The translations under genes and the position numbers were made by a program. This document shows, one piece after another, positions 38,401-48,827 of a stretch of DNA of 64,000 nucleotides (position 1 is its first letter; every line of letters starts with the position of its first letter). The notes beneath the pieces were generated by a model that was not told where the DNA came from, did not search any database, and saw only the letters and a program-made list of their open reading frames with translations. The DNA is from an uncultured bacterium (GTDB lineage Bacteria; Omnitrophota; Omnitrophia; Omnitrophales; Abzuiibacteriaceae), in assembly GCA_964387845.1 (NCBI GenBank), contig CAYLXA010000003.1, forward strand, positions 1-64,000, in the 5' to 3' direction.

Positions 38401-38419
38401 CGTCTTATCCGTTTACCTG

Positions 38420-39982
38420 TTAACTTGCGGTAATCCTGAATTTTGTAAACCGCCTGTCTTGATAAGTAATTCTTTCAATCCCTTCAAGCTTAAAATTCTG
38501 GAAGCCTTCCATGAACTCTGGAGATTTTTGGAGAGATTCTGCATATTCATTAACTCTGCGCAATTCTTCTTCCGGAATTTCACGGAAATAAATATAGCCC
38601 GAGAGCTGTAACTTTCGAGATGACAAGCCCAGCGCGCCGCCAATTCCAATACTTTCTTCGTAAGATAGGCCGGAAAACCACATAAACGCAGGGATGGTTT
38701 GGGACAGAAGCGTAAACTTTTTACTTAAGAAAGACTGACTTCTCTTGAAAGATTCGATTAATTGCGTTTTTGTTTGGATGTCCTGGACCTTTCTCTCAAG
38801 CTCGGATGCAGACTGCGTTGCAAATTCAGGAGCTTCATACGAAAGCTCGGTTGCGCGTGTGGCAGCTTTTTGCAGCATTTTCTTCAATTGATTTGCAGTG
38901 GGAATAAAATAACCGAAATAGAATCCGACACTGATCAATAAAATAGCCAAAATAGCGGCGCCTGTCCATTTGCGCGGTGCAAAGCGCTCTTCAAAAACAG
39001 CGCCTGATTGAAGAAGCGATACTTCTCCGACCGGAGACCGGATACCCATTGCTTTCATTGCGAGACCGGCTGAAATCATATACGCGCTGGATTCGGCTGC
39101 CTGCTCCGGCTTTTCAGTCGGAAATGATGCGATATTGATTTTGAGCCCGGGGTCAAAATTCTGTGCTAGGCGCTCTTTCCACAAATTAAGGTCTCCGTTC
39201 CCCGCGATAAACACCTGAGAAAGCGGCAGGTCGCCCGTTAGTTTTTTGAAATATTCAAAAGACGACTCAACTTCCATAAAGAATTTGTTGATGCTGTTGT
39301 CGTCTGAAAAAGAAACATAAAAATCACGGCACACATAAAGAATTTTGGCTTTTAAGAAGCAAAGAAAAATATCGCCGCTCGCCGAGAAATGAACCAGCAG
39401 CGCAGAACCGTTGGGATCAAACTGGCCTTCCAATGCCCGTGCCAAAGCATGAAAAGGCGGCTCACAGTCTAATAATTTAATGCCGGTGCTTTCAATCTGT
39501 TTGACGTGCGCTTTTAATGTATCGATTCGGATTGCGTTAAAAACAATTCCGAGAGAGCTTTTCCCCGATACGCCGTTGGCTTCATAACTAAACACGGTTT
39601 CATCAAGCCGGAATGGAACAAATCGAGACCCTTCAAATCTAATTGCTTCGGAAAGCTCCTTTTTTCCGACAGAAGGGATTTCAAAATACCGCGTTACGAC
39701 CTTGACGGAGGAAGGCCCTGAAACAATTTGAGAAGGTTTAACGCCGAATTGCTTCAGGCACTTTTGAATAGCAGACGATACTGCATCGCTTTGCTGTTCC
39801 GGAGATAACTCGTCGAAATCTTCCGAAAACATTTCCATTGCAAACCGGCTGATCACAAATCCGGAACCACTCTTGCGGACTTCGGCAATCCGAACACACT
39901 TCTCTTCGACATGAATGCCGACACCGCTTTTGATGAGGCCGAGTGAAAGTAGGATGTATCGCTGAAGCTGAATATTCTTCAT
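38420..39982 (-). CDS. pilM: Fused PilM (actin-like ATPase) / PilN-like protein
   Basis: An actin-fold N-terminal region of ~330 aa, a TM helix (AAILAILLISVGFYFGYFIP), then a PilN-like periplasmic region. 520 aa. Confidence 0.55.
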   Translation of the reverse strand: MKNIQLQRYILLSLGLIKSGVGIHVEEKCVRIAEVRKSGSGFVISRFAMEMFSEDFDELSPEQQSDAVSSAIQKCLKQFGVKPSQIVSGPSSVKVVTRYFEIPSVGKKELSEAIRFEGSRFVPFRLDETVFSYEANGVSGKSSLGIVFNAIRIDTLKAHVKQIESTGIKLLDCEPPFHALARALEGQFDPNGSALLVHFSASGDIFLCFLKAKILYVCRDFYVSFSDDNSINKFFMEVESSFEYFKKLTGDLPLSQVFIAGNGDLNLWKERLAQNFDPGLKINIASFPTEKPEQAAESSAYMISAGLAMKAMGIRSPVGEVSLLQSGAVFEERFAPRKWTGAAILAILLISVGFYFGYFIPTANQLKKMLQKAATRATELSYEAPEFATQSASELERKVQDIQTKTQLIESFKRSQSFLSKKFTLLSQTIPAFMWFSGLSYEESIGIGGALGLSSRKLQLSGYIYFREIPEEELRRVNEYAESLQKSPEFMEGFQNFKLEGIERITYQDRRFTKFRITAS

Positions 39983-40013
39983 GGATTAATTTTGATGAGC
40001 TCGGGCCGAAAAC

Positions 40014-40793
40014 TTAAGAAATCAATACGGCCCGGTCACTTTCTTGAATTCTTGCCCGTAAATCTTCGCTGATGATTGAGATTGCCGAAATTTTATCCTG
40101 GACACGCTCCACGCTGCCAACCCCTAACAATACATCTTGCCGGTAAAGTTCGACAAGGCCGCCCGGCTTAACACCGTTTAGAGAACCAAAATTAGCAATC
40201 ACAAATCCGTATTCGCGGTCCACCGATATAACCTGTCCGGCTGCGATTTCCGCGCGAGCATCTGGTTTGTTCACGGATTCAACCGAAAAAATTGACGGAA
40301 TGGCGGACCCGGAGCCGGTATTTTGAGCCGATGATCCTTGGAGCGCAGAAACAGCCGTTGGGTCTCCGAGTGCTGCCCGGATAGGTTCTAGTGATTTGGT
40401 CAGCAGCATATTGAAATCGGCATATTGTTTTATTTCACTTTCAAGCTCTTCAATCCGCTTTTCATAATTTTTCTGGAGTTCGGCGATTTCATCTACTTTT
40501 CTTTTTACATCGGCTTCTGCTATTTCCTGATTTTTCTTGGCTTCGGCGGTTTCTTGAGTTAATGTTTCAACTTTTTTCTGGTAACTTTCAAGCTCTGCTT
40601 TTGATTTTTGAAGTTCAGCCGCTGCTTTTAACTTTTCCTCCTCCAAAAATCCAATCCGAACCGACATTTGATCTCTAGATTTGACAGCTTCCGTCGAACT
40701 CCAGTAGAAATAACCGGCTGCACAGGCAACTAAAACAAGGACAACAATGAGGACAACATTTGTGGGATTTCGCTTCTCAAGAGTGATCGCCAT
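40014..40793 (-). CDS. Membrane-anchored coiled-coil protein, hypothetical
   Basis: TM helix, a ~100-aa coiled coil, and a C-terminal beta-rich domain. Confidence 0.45.
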   Translation of the reverse strand: MAITLEKRNPTNVVLIVVLVLVACAAGYFYWSSTEAVKSRDQMSVRIGFLEEEKLKAAAELQKSKAELESYQKKVETLTQETAEAKKNQEIAEADVKRKVDEIAELQKNYEKRIEELESEIKQYADFNMLLTKSLEPIRAALGDPTAVSALQGSSAQNTGSGSAIPSIFSVESVNKPDARAEIAAGQVISVDREYGFVIANFGSLNGVKPGGLVELYRQDVLLGVGSVERVQDKISAISIISEDLRARIQESDRAVLIS

Positions 40794-40900
40794 GGTTTTG
40801 TTTGTTTTAATTCGGTTAATTTTACCTTTTAATTAGTAAAACACTGCGTTGAGTTTCTTTCATTATCGACTACTTATTAGTAGTCCCTTAATAGAAATCA

Positions 40901-42745
40901 CTATTCAACGGTAACCGATTTAGCCAAATTCCGGGGCTGATCGACATCGCGGTTATTTCGGACCGAAATCTTGTAAGCCAGTAATTGCAATGGAAGCACA
41001 ACCAGCATGGACGAAAAAATTTCTTTGGTTTTTGGGATCGAAAAAACCCAATTGGACAGGCGCTCAACATTATGATCATGCTCAGTTACAATCGAAAGAA
41101 CAATACCCTGCCTGGCCTTGATTTCCTGAATGTTGCTGACCATTTTATCGTAAGTTTTGGATTCGGGCACTAGGCAAATAACCGGCTGCTCGGAATCAAT
41201 CAAAGCAATGGGCCCGTGCTTCATTTCGCCCGCAGCATAGCCGTGCGCATGGGCATACGAGATTTCTTTTAGCTTAAGAGCACCTTCAAGCGCGCTGGGA
41301 TAATTATATCCGCGGCCCAAAAATAAAAAGTTTTTCTTTTGATAAAGCTCGCCGACAGCTTGATCCAGTTCTTTTTCCTTTTTCAGGATCGCTTCTATAT
41401 GCACCGGAATCCTGGAAAGCTCCTTCAAATACTCTTTGGCTTCTTTAGGAGAAATCCGCTTCCTGATCATGCTAAGATAAACCACAAAAAGTGCGAGCGT
41501 AACAAGCTGGGCCATGTAAGCTTTTGTTGATGCAACACCGATTTCAGGGCCGGCATGGGTATAAATCACGTAATCGGCTTCGCGCGCAATCGTGCTTCCA
41601 ACCACATTGACGATTGCGAGGGTTTTAGCTTTTTTCGATTTTGCTTCCCGAAGCGCGGCAAGCGTATCGGCGGTTTCGCCCGATTGCGTAATCAAAACCA
41701 CCAAATCATCTTTATCGATGATCGGATCCGAATAACGGAATTCGCTTGAAACCTGGACTTCCACCGGCATACGCGCATATTCTTCAAACATATACCGGGC
41801 CACAAGACCTGCATGATAGGCCGTGCCGCAGCTGACAATAAAAATTTTTCTGGTCTTTTTGAAAAACTTTTTTGCGCTTTCATTGAGTAATTCAAAATGT
41901 ACTTTCCCGTTTTTAACCCGTTTTGTTAAAGTCTCTCGGACAACGCGCGGCTGCTCGTAAATCTCCTTAAGCATGTAGTGCGGGTAACCTTCTTTCTGGG
42001 CCTGCTCAACCGACCAGCGGATTTCCGTTATTTTTTTCGGAACCGAAACCCATTTTTTATTTCTGAGCTCCGAAATTTCGATCCCTTTTTTATCAAGCGT
42101 GGCAAATTGATTATCATCTAGATAAATCACTTTCCGGGTATAAGGAATGACGGCGGTGGCATCGCTGGCGACAAAATTTTCACTTTTGCCGACACCGATA
42201 ATAAGCGGATTGGAACGCCGGAACACAAATAATTTATCCGGTTCGTCGGCACTTAAAACAACCAGCGCGAAAAACCCGTGAAGGCGTTCGATCGTTTGCC
42301 GGAATGCATCGGTAAAGCTTTTTGTCTTTCTCAACTCTTCTAATAAATGCACCACAACTTCCGTATCCGTTTCGGATTCGAAGCGGTGGCCTTTTTTGAT
42401 AAGTTCTTTTTTGATTTCCTGATAATTCTCGATAATGCCGTTGTGAACCAGCGCGATCCGGCGTTTGCAATCAAAATGCGGATGCGCGTTAAAGTTGGAA
42501 GGAACGCCGTGAGTGGCCCAACGCGTATGGCCAATTCCGATAAAAGACGGCAAGTGCTGGCCGTTTAAGACCTGTTTGAGCTGGCCGAGTTTTCCTTTTT
42601 CCTTGGCGGAAAAAATGTCGGAAGTGGTTTGATTATAACAGGCTACGCCGGCCGAATCGTAGCCGCGATATTCCAATTGTTCGAGCCCTCTAATTAAAAT
42701 CGGAAGCGCTTTTTGCTCTCCGACGTAACCCACAATTCCGCACAT
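40901..42745 (-). CDS. glmS: Glutamine--fructose-6-phosphate aminotransferase
   Basis: MCGIVGY N-terminal nucleophile and two SIS domains. 614 aa. Confidence 0.95.
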   Translation of the reverse strand: MCGIVGYVGEQKALPILIRGLEQLEYRGYDSAGVACYNQTTSDIFSAKEKGKLGQLKQVLNGQHLPSFIGIGHTRWATHGVPSNFNAHPHFDCKRRIALVHNGIIENYQEIKKELIKKGHRFESETDTEVVVHLLEELRKTKSFTDAFRQTIERLHGFFALVVLSADEPDKLFVFRRSNPLIIGVGKSENFVASDATAVIPYTRKVIYLDDNQFATLDKKGIEISELRNKKWVSVPKKITEIRWSVEQAQKEGYPHYMLKEIYEQPRVVRETLTKRVKNGKVHFELLNESAKKFFKKTRKIFIVSCGTAYHAGLVARYMFEEYARMPVEVQVSSEFRYSDPIIDKDDLVVLITQSGETADTLAALREAKSKKAKTLAIVNVVGSTIAREADYVIYTHAGPEIGVASTKAYMAQLVTLALFVVYLSMIRKRISPKEAKEYLKELSRIPVHIEAILKKEKELDQAVGELYQKKNFLFLGRGYNYPSALEGALKLKEISYAHAHGYAAGEMKHGPIALIDSEQPVICLVPESKTYDKMVSNIQEIKARQGIVLSIVTEHDHNVERLSNWVFSIPKTKEIFSSMLVVLPLQLLAYKISVRNNRDVDQPRNLAKSVTVE

Positions 42746-42833
42746 TCAGACATGTCTCCTGTAAGCTTTGTATTTTAACAAGTCTCTTTATCTGAAGAAA
42801 GATTTTTTATTCGGCGGATGATTATGGTAATAT

Positions 42834-43499
42834 TTGAGTCCTAAACTACATTTGGCTATGAAAAATAGACGCAAGCAAATTTTAATCGATAAATCCCTCC
42901 AATTTCGCTACAGTTTTTATATCGGAATAACACTTTTCCTGGTTTGCAGCATATCCGCGATAGGCCTCTATTTCGGCATTTGGAGCTCGGTCATTCGATC
43001 CTTCTCGGATGAGAAAATCCGCGCAACCCTTGAAACCGCAGCGCGGCTTGAGGAATATGAGGCCGCACGCACGCCGGAAATTTCACATGCAATGCCCGCA
43101 AGCTTAAAATTTTTTAAAGAAGTTTCTCTTTTAAGCCTGCGTCAGCGTGAAATTGTCAAAGAAATTCTGGAAAAAGCAAACCGCGAGCTCTTCTGGCCGA
43201 TCGTTCTTCTGATTGTCAGCATCGGTGCAGGCAGTATCTATCTAAGCCATAAAATCGCCGGCCCATTTTACCGGTTCCGCAAGTCGTTCGAAGAAATTGA
43301 AGACGGAAACCTAAAAATCCGTATTCATCTCAGAAAATTCGACGAAGGCAAAAAAACGGCTGATGAATTCAACAAAATGGCGCTTTCGCTGGACCAATCC
43401 GTTTCTCAATTAAAACAACTCGCACGCGAAAGTGACGAAAGAGAACTTAAATCAAAATTAACGCGAGAGCTTTCCAAATTTCGAACCAGCAGGCAATAA
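42834..43499 (+). CDS. Membrane protein with a HAMP-like linker
   Basis: Two TM helices flanking a periplasmic loop, and a HAMP-like amphipathic segment. Confidence 0.4.
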   Translation: MSPKLHLAMKNRRKQILIDKSLQFRYSFYIGITLFLVCSISAIGLYFGIWSSVIRSFSDEKIRATLETAARLEEYEAARTPEISHAMPASLKFFKEVSLLSLRQREIVKEILEKANRELFWPIVLLIVSIGAGSIYLSHKIAGPFYRFRKSFEEIEDGNLKIRIHLRKFDEGKKTADEFNKMALSLDQSVSQLKQLARESDERELKSKLTRELSKFRTSRQ

Positions 43500-43512
43500 T
43501 TCCGTCTTCATC

Positions 43513-44784
43513 TTGAAACGCTTCATCACCTCGACTGCATGTGTACTGATTTTTAGCCTCATCGTTTATATTCCTTGCGGTATTTCTGAAGAAATCAACC
43601 TTTCGCCCGAAGAGCAGGAATTTTTGGCCAAAGTTCAGTCTGATAGTTTTCTGTATTTTCAGACATTTGCGAATGACGAAACCGGATTGATTCACGATTC
43701 TTCCTCTTTCCACTCACCTGCTTCTATCGCAGCAACCGGCTTCGCACTGGCCATTTATGGAATCGCACAAACGCGCGGCTGGATGGGATACCGGGAAAGC
43801 TATCAAGCGATCCAAAAAATTTTTGATACCCTGGAAAAACGCGCCGCGCATAAAAACGGGTTTTATTATCACTTTTTAGATCCAAAAACCGGAAGGCGGA
43901 CCTGGGGTTCGGAAGCATCTTCCATTGATACAGCTCTTTTGATGGCCGGCGTCCTCTTAGCCGGAGAGTATTTTAAGGGGACCGATCTTTATACACGCTC
44001 TCTTAAAATTTACGAAAAAGTCGATTGGGCGTGGATGCTGAACGGAAGCCGAATGTTGTCGCATGGATGGAAACCGGAGAGCGGGTTTTTGCCGCACTAT
44101 TGGGATATGTATTCCGAACATTTGATCCTCCAAGCGCTTGCGTTGGGATCGCCGACCTATCCGATTCCGGCAGAAGCCTGGAACGGTTGGGACCGCCTGG
44201 AGGATGAGTACAACGGCCGGAAAATCGTTTACGCATTCTCGGGAAGCTTATTTACTTACCAATTCTCACACGCATTCATTGATTTTCGTGATTTGGATGA
44301 CCGCGGGATCAATTATTTTGAAAACTCAAAGGAAGCAACGTTGTCCAATAAAGAATTCTGCCTTGAATATAAAACCGAATTTCCGTCTTACTCGGAAAAT
44401 ATCTGGGGCCTCTCTGCCTCGCTGGGCCCTTCGGGTTATAAAGCTTACGGCGCAAAACCGGGCCTTGCGGAACACGATGGGACCGTTGCTCCGTACGCGA
44501 TTGCCTCATCTCTTGTTTTTACGCCGCGCGATTCCTTGGACGCTTTGGTTTATATTTACAAGAATCACAAAAGCGAAGCATATGGTACTTACGGATTTAA
44601 AGATGCTTTTAATTTGGATAAAAATTGGTCTGCGGGAGAATACCTCGGAATCGATCAAGGCATCACAATCTTAATGATCGAAAATTTTCTTAACAACGGC
44701 GCAATTTGGAAACGGTTTATGAAATTACCGGCAGTTCAAAAGTGGATTCAAATCTGTGGGCTTGCCAATCAAAGCGCTGCTTAA
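43513..44784 (+). CDS. Secreted protein, possibly a glycoside-hydrolase-like (alpha/alpha)6 barrel (DUF3131/GH144-like)
   Basis: Signal peptide. The functional call is a weak impression only. Confidence 0.35.
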   Translation: MKRFITSTACVLIFSLIVYIPCGISEEINLSPEEQEFLAKVQSDSFLYFQTFANDETGLIHDSSSFHSPASIAATGFALAIYGIAQTRGWMGYRESYQAIQKIFDTLEKRAAHKNGFYYHFLDPKTGRRTWGSEASSIDTALLMAGVLLAGEYFKGTDLYTRSLKIYEKVDWAWMLNGSRMLSHGWKPESGFLPHYWDMYSEHLILQALALGSPTYPIPAEAWNGWDRLEDEYNGRKIVYAFSGSLFTYQFSHAFIDFRDLDDRGINYFENSKEATLSNKEFCLEYKTEFPSYSENIWGLSASLGPSGYKAYGAKPGLAEHDGTVAPYAIASSLVFTPRDSLDALVYIYKNHKSEAYGTYGFKDAFNLDKNWSAGEYLGIDQGITILMIENFLNNGAIWKRFMKLPAVQKWIQICGLANQSAA

Positions 44785-45039
44785 TTACTCTCTGCCGAGA
44801 AATTTTGCGGCAATTCTTTCGGCCGTTTCCTGAATTGCTTCCTTCGTCAGGAAAGTACCTTTCCGGATAGATTCTTTTAATTCGCGGATTCTGCCAAAAT
44901 TGGGATCGGGGATGTCCTGCAGCAGTCTCTTGTACTTCTCGATTTCCTGATTAATGTTGCGCTCTTCTTCTTTTTTCATACGTAGCCTTAATTCCAAATT
45001 CGACTCATTTTGGGGAAGAGCGTAGTTTGATTTCTCCAT
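44785..45039 (-). CDS. flgM: Anti-sigma-28 factor FlgM
   Basis: The C-terminal RIRELKESIRKGTFLTKEAIQETAERIAAKFL matches the FlgM sigma-28-binding helix pattern. Located directly downstream of fliA and preceded by a sigma-28 promoter. Confidence 0.55.
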   Translation of the reverse strand: MEKSNYALPQNESNLELRLRMKKEEERNINQEIEKYKRLLQDIPDPNFGRIRELKESIRKGTFLTKEAIQETAERIAAKFLGRE

Positions 45040-45080
45040 GGTTATATCCTTTCAAAACCATTTACTTACTTCTAAAGAGA

Positions 45081-45107
45081 GTATCGGCTCAAGAATGGAA
45101 AACTTTA
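45081..45107 (-). promoter_or_regulatory. Sigma-28 (FliA)-dependent promoter TAAAGTTT-N11-GCCGATAC, about 40 nt upstream of flgM
   Basis: The minus strand reads TAAAGTTTTCCATTCTTGAGCCGATAC, which matches the consensus TAAAGTTT-N11-GCCGATAA at 15 of 16 positions. Confidence 0.7.
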
Positions 45108-45240
45108 AAATTGAGAAAGCCAAGGAGAAAAAGGAAGAATTTTTGAAGTTTTTAACGCTGGATTAAACACTCCTTCATATCAAATCTTGCTTCTATAAAT
45201 GCTTTTAAAATAATCGTTTACAGCAATTTCACCTACTACA

Positions 45241-46023
45241 TTAGGCCTCCAGCGCAATTTCGCCGGTCCGCTTCATCAAATGGCCCCGGAGACGCGAAAT
45301 GACCTTCGTGTGAATCTGGCAAATGCGTGATTCGGAAACGTTCAGCACATCGCCGATTTCCCGTAGAGTCAGATTTTCAAAATAATAGAGAACGACTACT
45401 AATTTTTCTTTCTCCGGCAAACCTTCGATTGCCTTCGACAGAATTTCCTTAATTTCGCCCTGATGAACCGCGCTGAATTGATTCATCATGATCGGGTCTT
45501 CAACGGTTTGAAGCCGCGAAATCGGCTTGTTGCCGTCGTCGTTCTGCCATACTTCATCCAAAGACAAGAAAGAAGTGGAATTTAATTCGCTGTAAATTTC
45601 GTTGAGGTTGCCGACGCTGATTTTGAGAGATTCCGCCAGCTCATGATCAGTCGCAACACGCCCCAAACGCTCTTCCAGTTCCTTGGTTTTCCGGTCAATT
45701 TCGCGCGCACGTTTCCGCAAAAGCCGCGGCGCCCAATCAAGCTTCCGAAGCTCATCCATAATCGAACCGCGGATTCTCGTCACCGCATAGGTTTCGAACT
45801 TATTGCCCTGATTCACGTCATATTTTTCGATCGCATCAAATAATCCCAAAATGCCGTAGCTTACGAGATCGTTAAATTCGACGTTGGGCGGCAGCCCGAT
45901 GGAAACCCTTCCGGCAACATACTTCACCAAGTACAAATATTTCTTCACAATTTCTTCGTGAATCACCTTACTTTTCGTCTTTTTATACTTACGCCACAAC
46001 TTCACATCATTCTCATTCATCAT
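45241..46023 (-). CDS. fliA: RNA polymerase sigma factor FliA (sigma-28)
   Basis: Sigma-70 regions 2, 3 and 4 (ETYAVTRIRGSIMDELRKLDW, C-terminal HTH). 260 aa. Confidence 0.85.
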   Translation of the reverse strand: MMNENDVKLWRKYKKTKSKVIHEEIVKKYLYLVKYVAGRVSIGLPPNVEFNDLVSYGILGLFDAIEKYDVNQGNKFETYAVTRIRGSIMDELRKLDWAPRLLRKRAREIDRKTKELEERLGRVATDHELAESLKISVGNLNEIYSELNSTSFLSLDEVWQNDDGNKPISRLQTVEDPIMMNQFSAVHQGEIKEILSKAIEGLPEKEKLVVVLYYFENLTLREIGDVLNVSESRICQIHTKVISRLRGHLMKRTGEIALEA

Positions 46024-46078
46024 GAACCCCCCTTTCTGAGGTGAAAGATATCCATTTAAAAATGAAGCCTGTCATTTT

Positions 46079-46312
46079 TTATTTTTCCTGTTCTAAAATT
46101 TTTTTGATTTGAAGTAATGTGTAATTTTTTTCCTGCAGAGTCTTGATGTTGGCGATCCGGTCAAAAACGGTTTCATCGTAGAGCCGGTGGCCGGAAACCG
46201 TTCTGCGGGCTTCCGAAATAAGGCCTGCTAGTGTGTAATTATGAATCGTCTGGCGCGACAAACCTGTGTATTCCATCACTTCTCCGATCTTAAACAGTTT
46301 TTCTCTCTTCAT
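46079..46312 (-). CDS. MerR-family HTH transcriptional regulator (short)
   Basis: FKIGEVMEYTGLSRQTIHNYT...RTVSGHRLYDE helix-turn-helix-wing. Confidence 0.65.
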   Translation of the reverse strand: MKREKLFKIGEVMEYTGLSRQTIHNYTLAGLISEARRTVSGHRLYDETVFDRIANIKTLQEKNYTLLQIKKILEQEK

Positions 46313-46823
46313 TGATCCTGCCGCTCTGGCCGGCTTCCAGTTGATTGAGCAGTTTTTGCGCTTCTTTATGAAATGGATCCAGTAAAAGGATCTTCTGCAA
46401 AGAGAGGCGGGCTTGACTGATTTTTTCCTGCTGGAGATAATTTTTCACATCTACCATATATTGGTGAATCCGGCCTTGAATTTCGCTGTCGTAAACTGCC
46501 CCGACCACACCTGCTTCGCTCTTACTCTCTTTCCCGATTTGTTTTTTGAGTAAATCTATTTTGGCTGAAGCACGTACATTTTCAGGATCTAATGTGAACA
46601 CATGCTCATAAGCTTCGAGAGAACGGGCGTAATCCTTCGCATCCATGAGTTGATCACCCAGCATGAGAAGGTCCTTCACCTGACGATTTTTTTCTTCCCT
46701 TGAAAATTCGGCTTCGATTTCGCGAATCTTTTCGGGATTGGCTTTGAGTGTTGTTGGAAACAAGATTTGAAAGGACACTATTGAGAAGAAAGTTAGAATC
46801 GCACATCCGATCGAACGAGTCAT
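46290..46823 (-). CDS. Secreted TPR-like protein
   Basis: Signal peptide and TPR-like repeats. Confidence 0.5.
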   Translation of the reverse strand: MTRSIGCAILTFFSIVSFQILFPTTLKANPEKIREIEAEFSREEKNRQVKDLLMLGDQLMDAKDYARSLEAYEHVFTLDPENVRASAKIDLLKKQIGKESKSEAGVVGAVYDSEIQGRIHQYMVDVKNYLQQEKISQARLSLQKILLLDPFHKEAQKLLNQLEAGQSGRINEERKTV

Positions 46824-47016
46824 TTTCGATTTTCATATCTCGATTCGTTATGGTTTACAATATGTACTTTACATTTTGTAAATTACAAATCGTAATCTAT
46901 AAGGTGATTCGGAGAGAGTCAAGGATTATTTAGGTGTTTTTTACGGCTGTCTGAAGATTTCTGATGGGCTACTAATAGAAGTATGGGTCAGATAAAACTA
47001 CACCATATATGGTGGT

Positions 47017-48030
47017 CTATTTGGTGCTTTTTGACTCTTCAAAGACACCGATGGATCGAAACTTTTCGTATCGCTTACTGATTAATTCCTTTTTTGACAA
47101 CTTCTCAAAAGATTTTAATGCGCTTGCAATTGCTTCATCAAATGCTTTTGCGGTTGCTTCAAAATCTCTATGCGCACCGCCCAGCGGCTCTTTAACGATC
47201 TTATCGATCACACCCAATTCCAACAAGTCTTTTGCCGTGAGCTTCAATGCTTCGGCTGCATCCGGTGATTTTGCGCTATCGCGCCACAAAATTGCGGCGC
47301 ATCCTTCGGGCGAAATGACAGAATAGTATGCATTCTCGAGCATGAGAACAATGTCACCAACGCCGATCCCGAGCGCGCCTCCCGAGCCGCCTTCCCCGAT
47401 GACCGTCACAATAATAGGAACTGCAATATCCGCCATTTCCTTCAAATTATACGCAATCGCTTCAGCCTGGCCGCGTTCTTCCGCTCCGATTCCGGGATAA
47501 GCGCCGGGCGTATCGATAAACGTGATGATGGGCATATCAAATCTTTCGGCAAGCCGCATGACACGGATTGCCTTACGATAACCTTCCGGATGAGCGCTGC
47601 CGAAACTGCGCATTAAATTCTCTTTTGTATCGCGCCCTTTTTGGTGGCCGATCACACAAACGCTTTGGCCATGAAAGAACCCGAAGCCGGTAATAAGCGC
47701 GCGGTCATCGCTGAAATGCCGGTCGCCGTGAAGTTCCGTAAAATCTTGAATAAAATAATGAATATAATCAAGTGTATACGGCCTGAGCGGATGACGAGCT
47801 ACTTGGACGCGTTGCCAAGCTGTGAGGCTCGAAAAAGTTTTTTGAATCATTGACTGAAGCTTTTTTTCGGCACTTTTAATTTCCGATTCCAAATCAACGC
47901 CTTGCTTGGATTTCATATCCTGAATCATTTTCTCAAGCTCGACGATGGGCTTTTCAAACGGAAGATAAGTGTCAGCCAACGATTTTCCGGGTACTTTTAT
48001 TTTGTTCTTTTTAACCATTACATTCCTCAA
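47017..48030 (-). CDS. accA: Acetyl-CoA carboxylase carboxyltransferase alpha subunit
   Basis: [25 protein letters not shown] and surrounding blocks. Confidence 0.9.
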   Translation of the reverse strand: MRNVMVKKNKIKVPGKSLADTYLPFEKPIVELEKMIQDMKSKQGVDLESEIKSAEKKLQSMIQKTFSSLTAWQRVQVARHPLRPYTLDYIHYFIQDFTELHGDRHFSDDRALITGFGFFHGQSVCVIGHQKGRDTKENLMRSFGSAHPEGYRKAIRVMRLAERFDMPIITFIDTPGAYPGIGAEERGQAEAIAYNLKEMADIAVPIIVTVIGEGGSGGALGIGVGDIVLMLENAYYSVISPEGCAAILWRDSAKSPDAAEALKLTAKDLLELGVIDKIVKEPLGGAHRDFEATAKAFDEAIASALKSFEKLSKKELISKRYEKFRSIGVFEESKSTK

Positions 48031-48827
48031 TCCTGAACTTTTACAACTGTACCGGGCGTGACAATGTCGTACAGCTCTTCAACTTCTTTGTTGTGCATCC
48101 TGACGCAGCCGGCCGATGCTTGAGTTCCGATCGTTTCCGGCTCGGTAGTCCCATGAATTCCATATCCCTTCAACGAGTATCCGATCCATCGCGTGCCAAT
48201 AATATTTTCAGGGCTGCCGGGTTCCACAATAGCACCGGCTGTATACCATGTCGGATTTTCGAGCTTATCCGTCACTTTAAATTCCCCAACCGGAGTTGAA
48301 TTGTCTTTGCCGGTGGCAACCGAATAGGTTTTGTAGGGCTGCCCGTTTAATAGAAGCTGGAGCGTATTATCTGACTTATCAACCAAGATCGAATATTTTC
48401 CTCTTGGGATTTTTAGGGTCATGCCGACTTTGATTAAGTCGCTGGTTAAATTGTTGGCTTTTTTCAAATTTGCGACTGTGACATCATTCTTTTTCGCAAT
48501 TACATAAAGGCTATCGCCCTTAACCACCGTATAAGTAATGTCTTCAGGGATCGGTTCTTCATCGATCGCTGCAGGTTCTGACTCATCCGACAAAGAAGGA
48601 TCGGCATAAGGATCGTCATACATGTCTTCCGTTGCCGGGTCTTGAGCGTCATCCACCAAATCCTTGACTTCATTCGAAACCGGAACTTCTTCGCCGTATA
48701 AATTTCCTAGAAAAAACATTGAGCAAGAAAAAACAACCGTAAAAATACAAAACAAAACTTTCGACTTCATCAAGTGACTGACCATGGATTTCCTTTCACG
48801 AAGTTGACTAAGGTTTACCACATGCAA
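48027..48827 (-). CDS. LysM-domain L,D-transpeptidase (YkuD family)
   Basis: LysM ([15 protein letters not shown]...LKIP) and a catalytic HGT...SAGCVRM. Confidence 0.8.
   Translation of the reverse strand: MHVVNLSQLRERKSMVSHLMKSKVLFCIFTVVFSCSMFFLGNLYGEEVPVSNEVKDLVDDAQDPATEDMYDDPYADPSLSDESEPAAIDEEPIPEDITYTVVKGDSLYVIAKKNDVTVANLKKANNLTSDLIKVGMTLKIPRGKYSILVDKSDNTLQLLLNGQPYKTYSVATGKDNSTPVGEFKVTDKLENPTWYTAGAIVEPGSPENIIGTRWIGYSLKGYGIHGTTEPETIGTQASAGCVRMHNKEVEELYDIVTPGTVVKVQD

Noticed and set aside
38413-38649. 78-aa ORF overlapping the 3' end of the pilM/N gene
   Set aside because: Overlaps the PilM/N frame almost completely. No independent signals.
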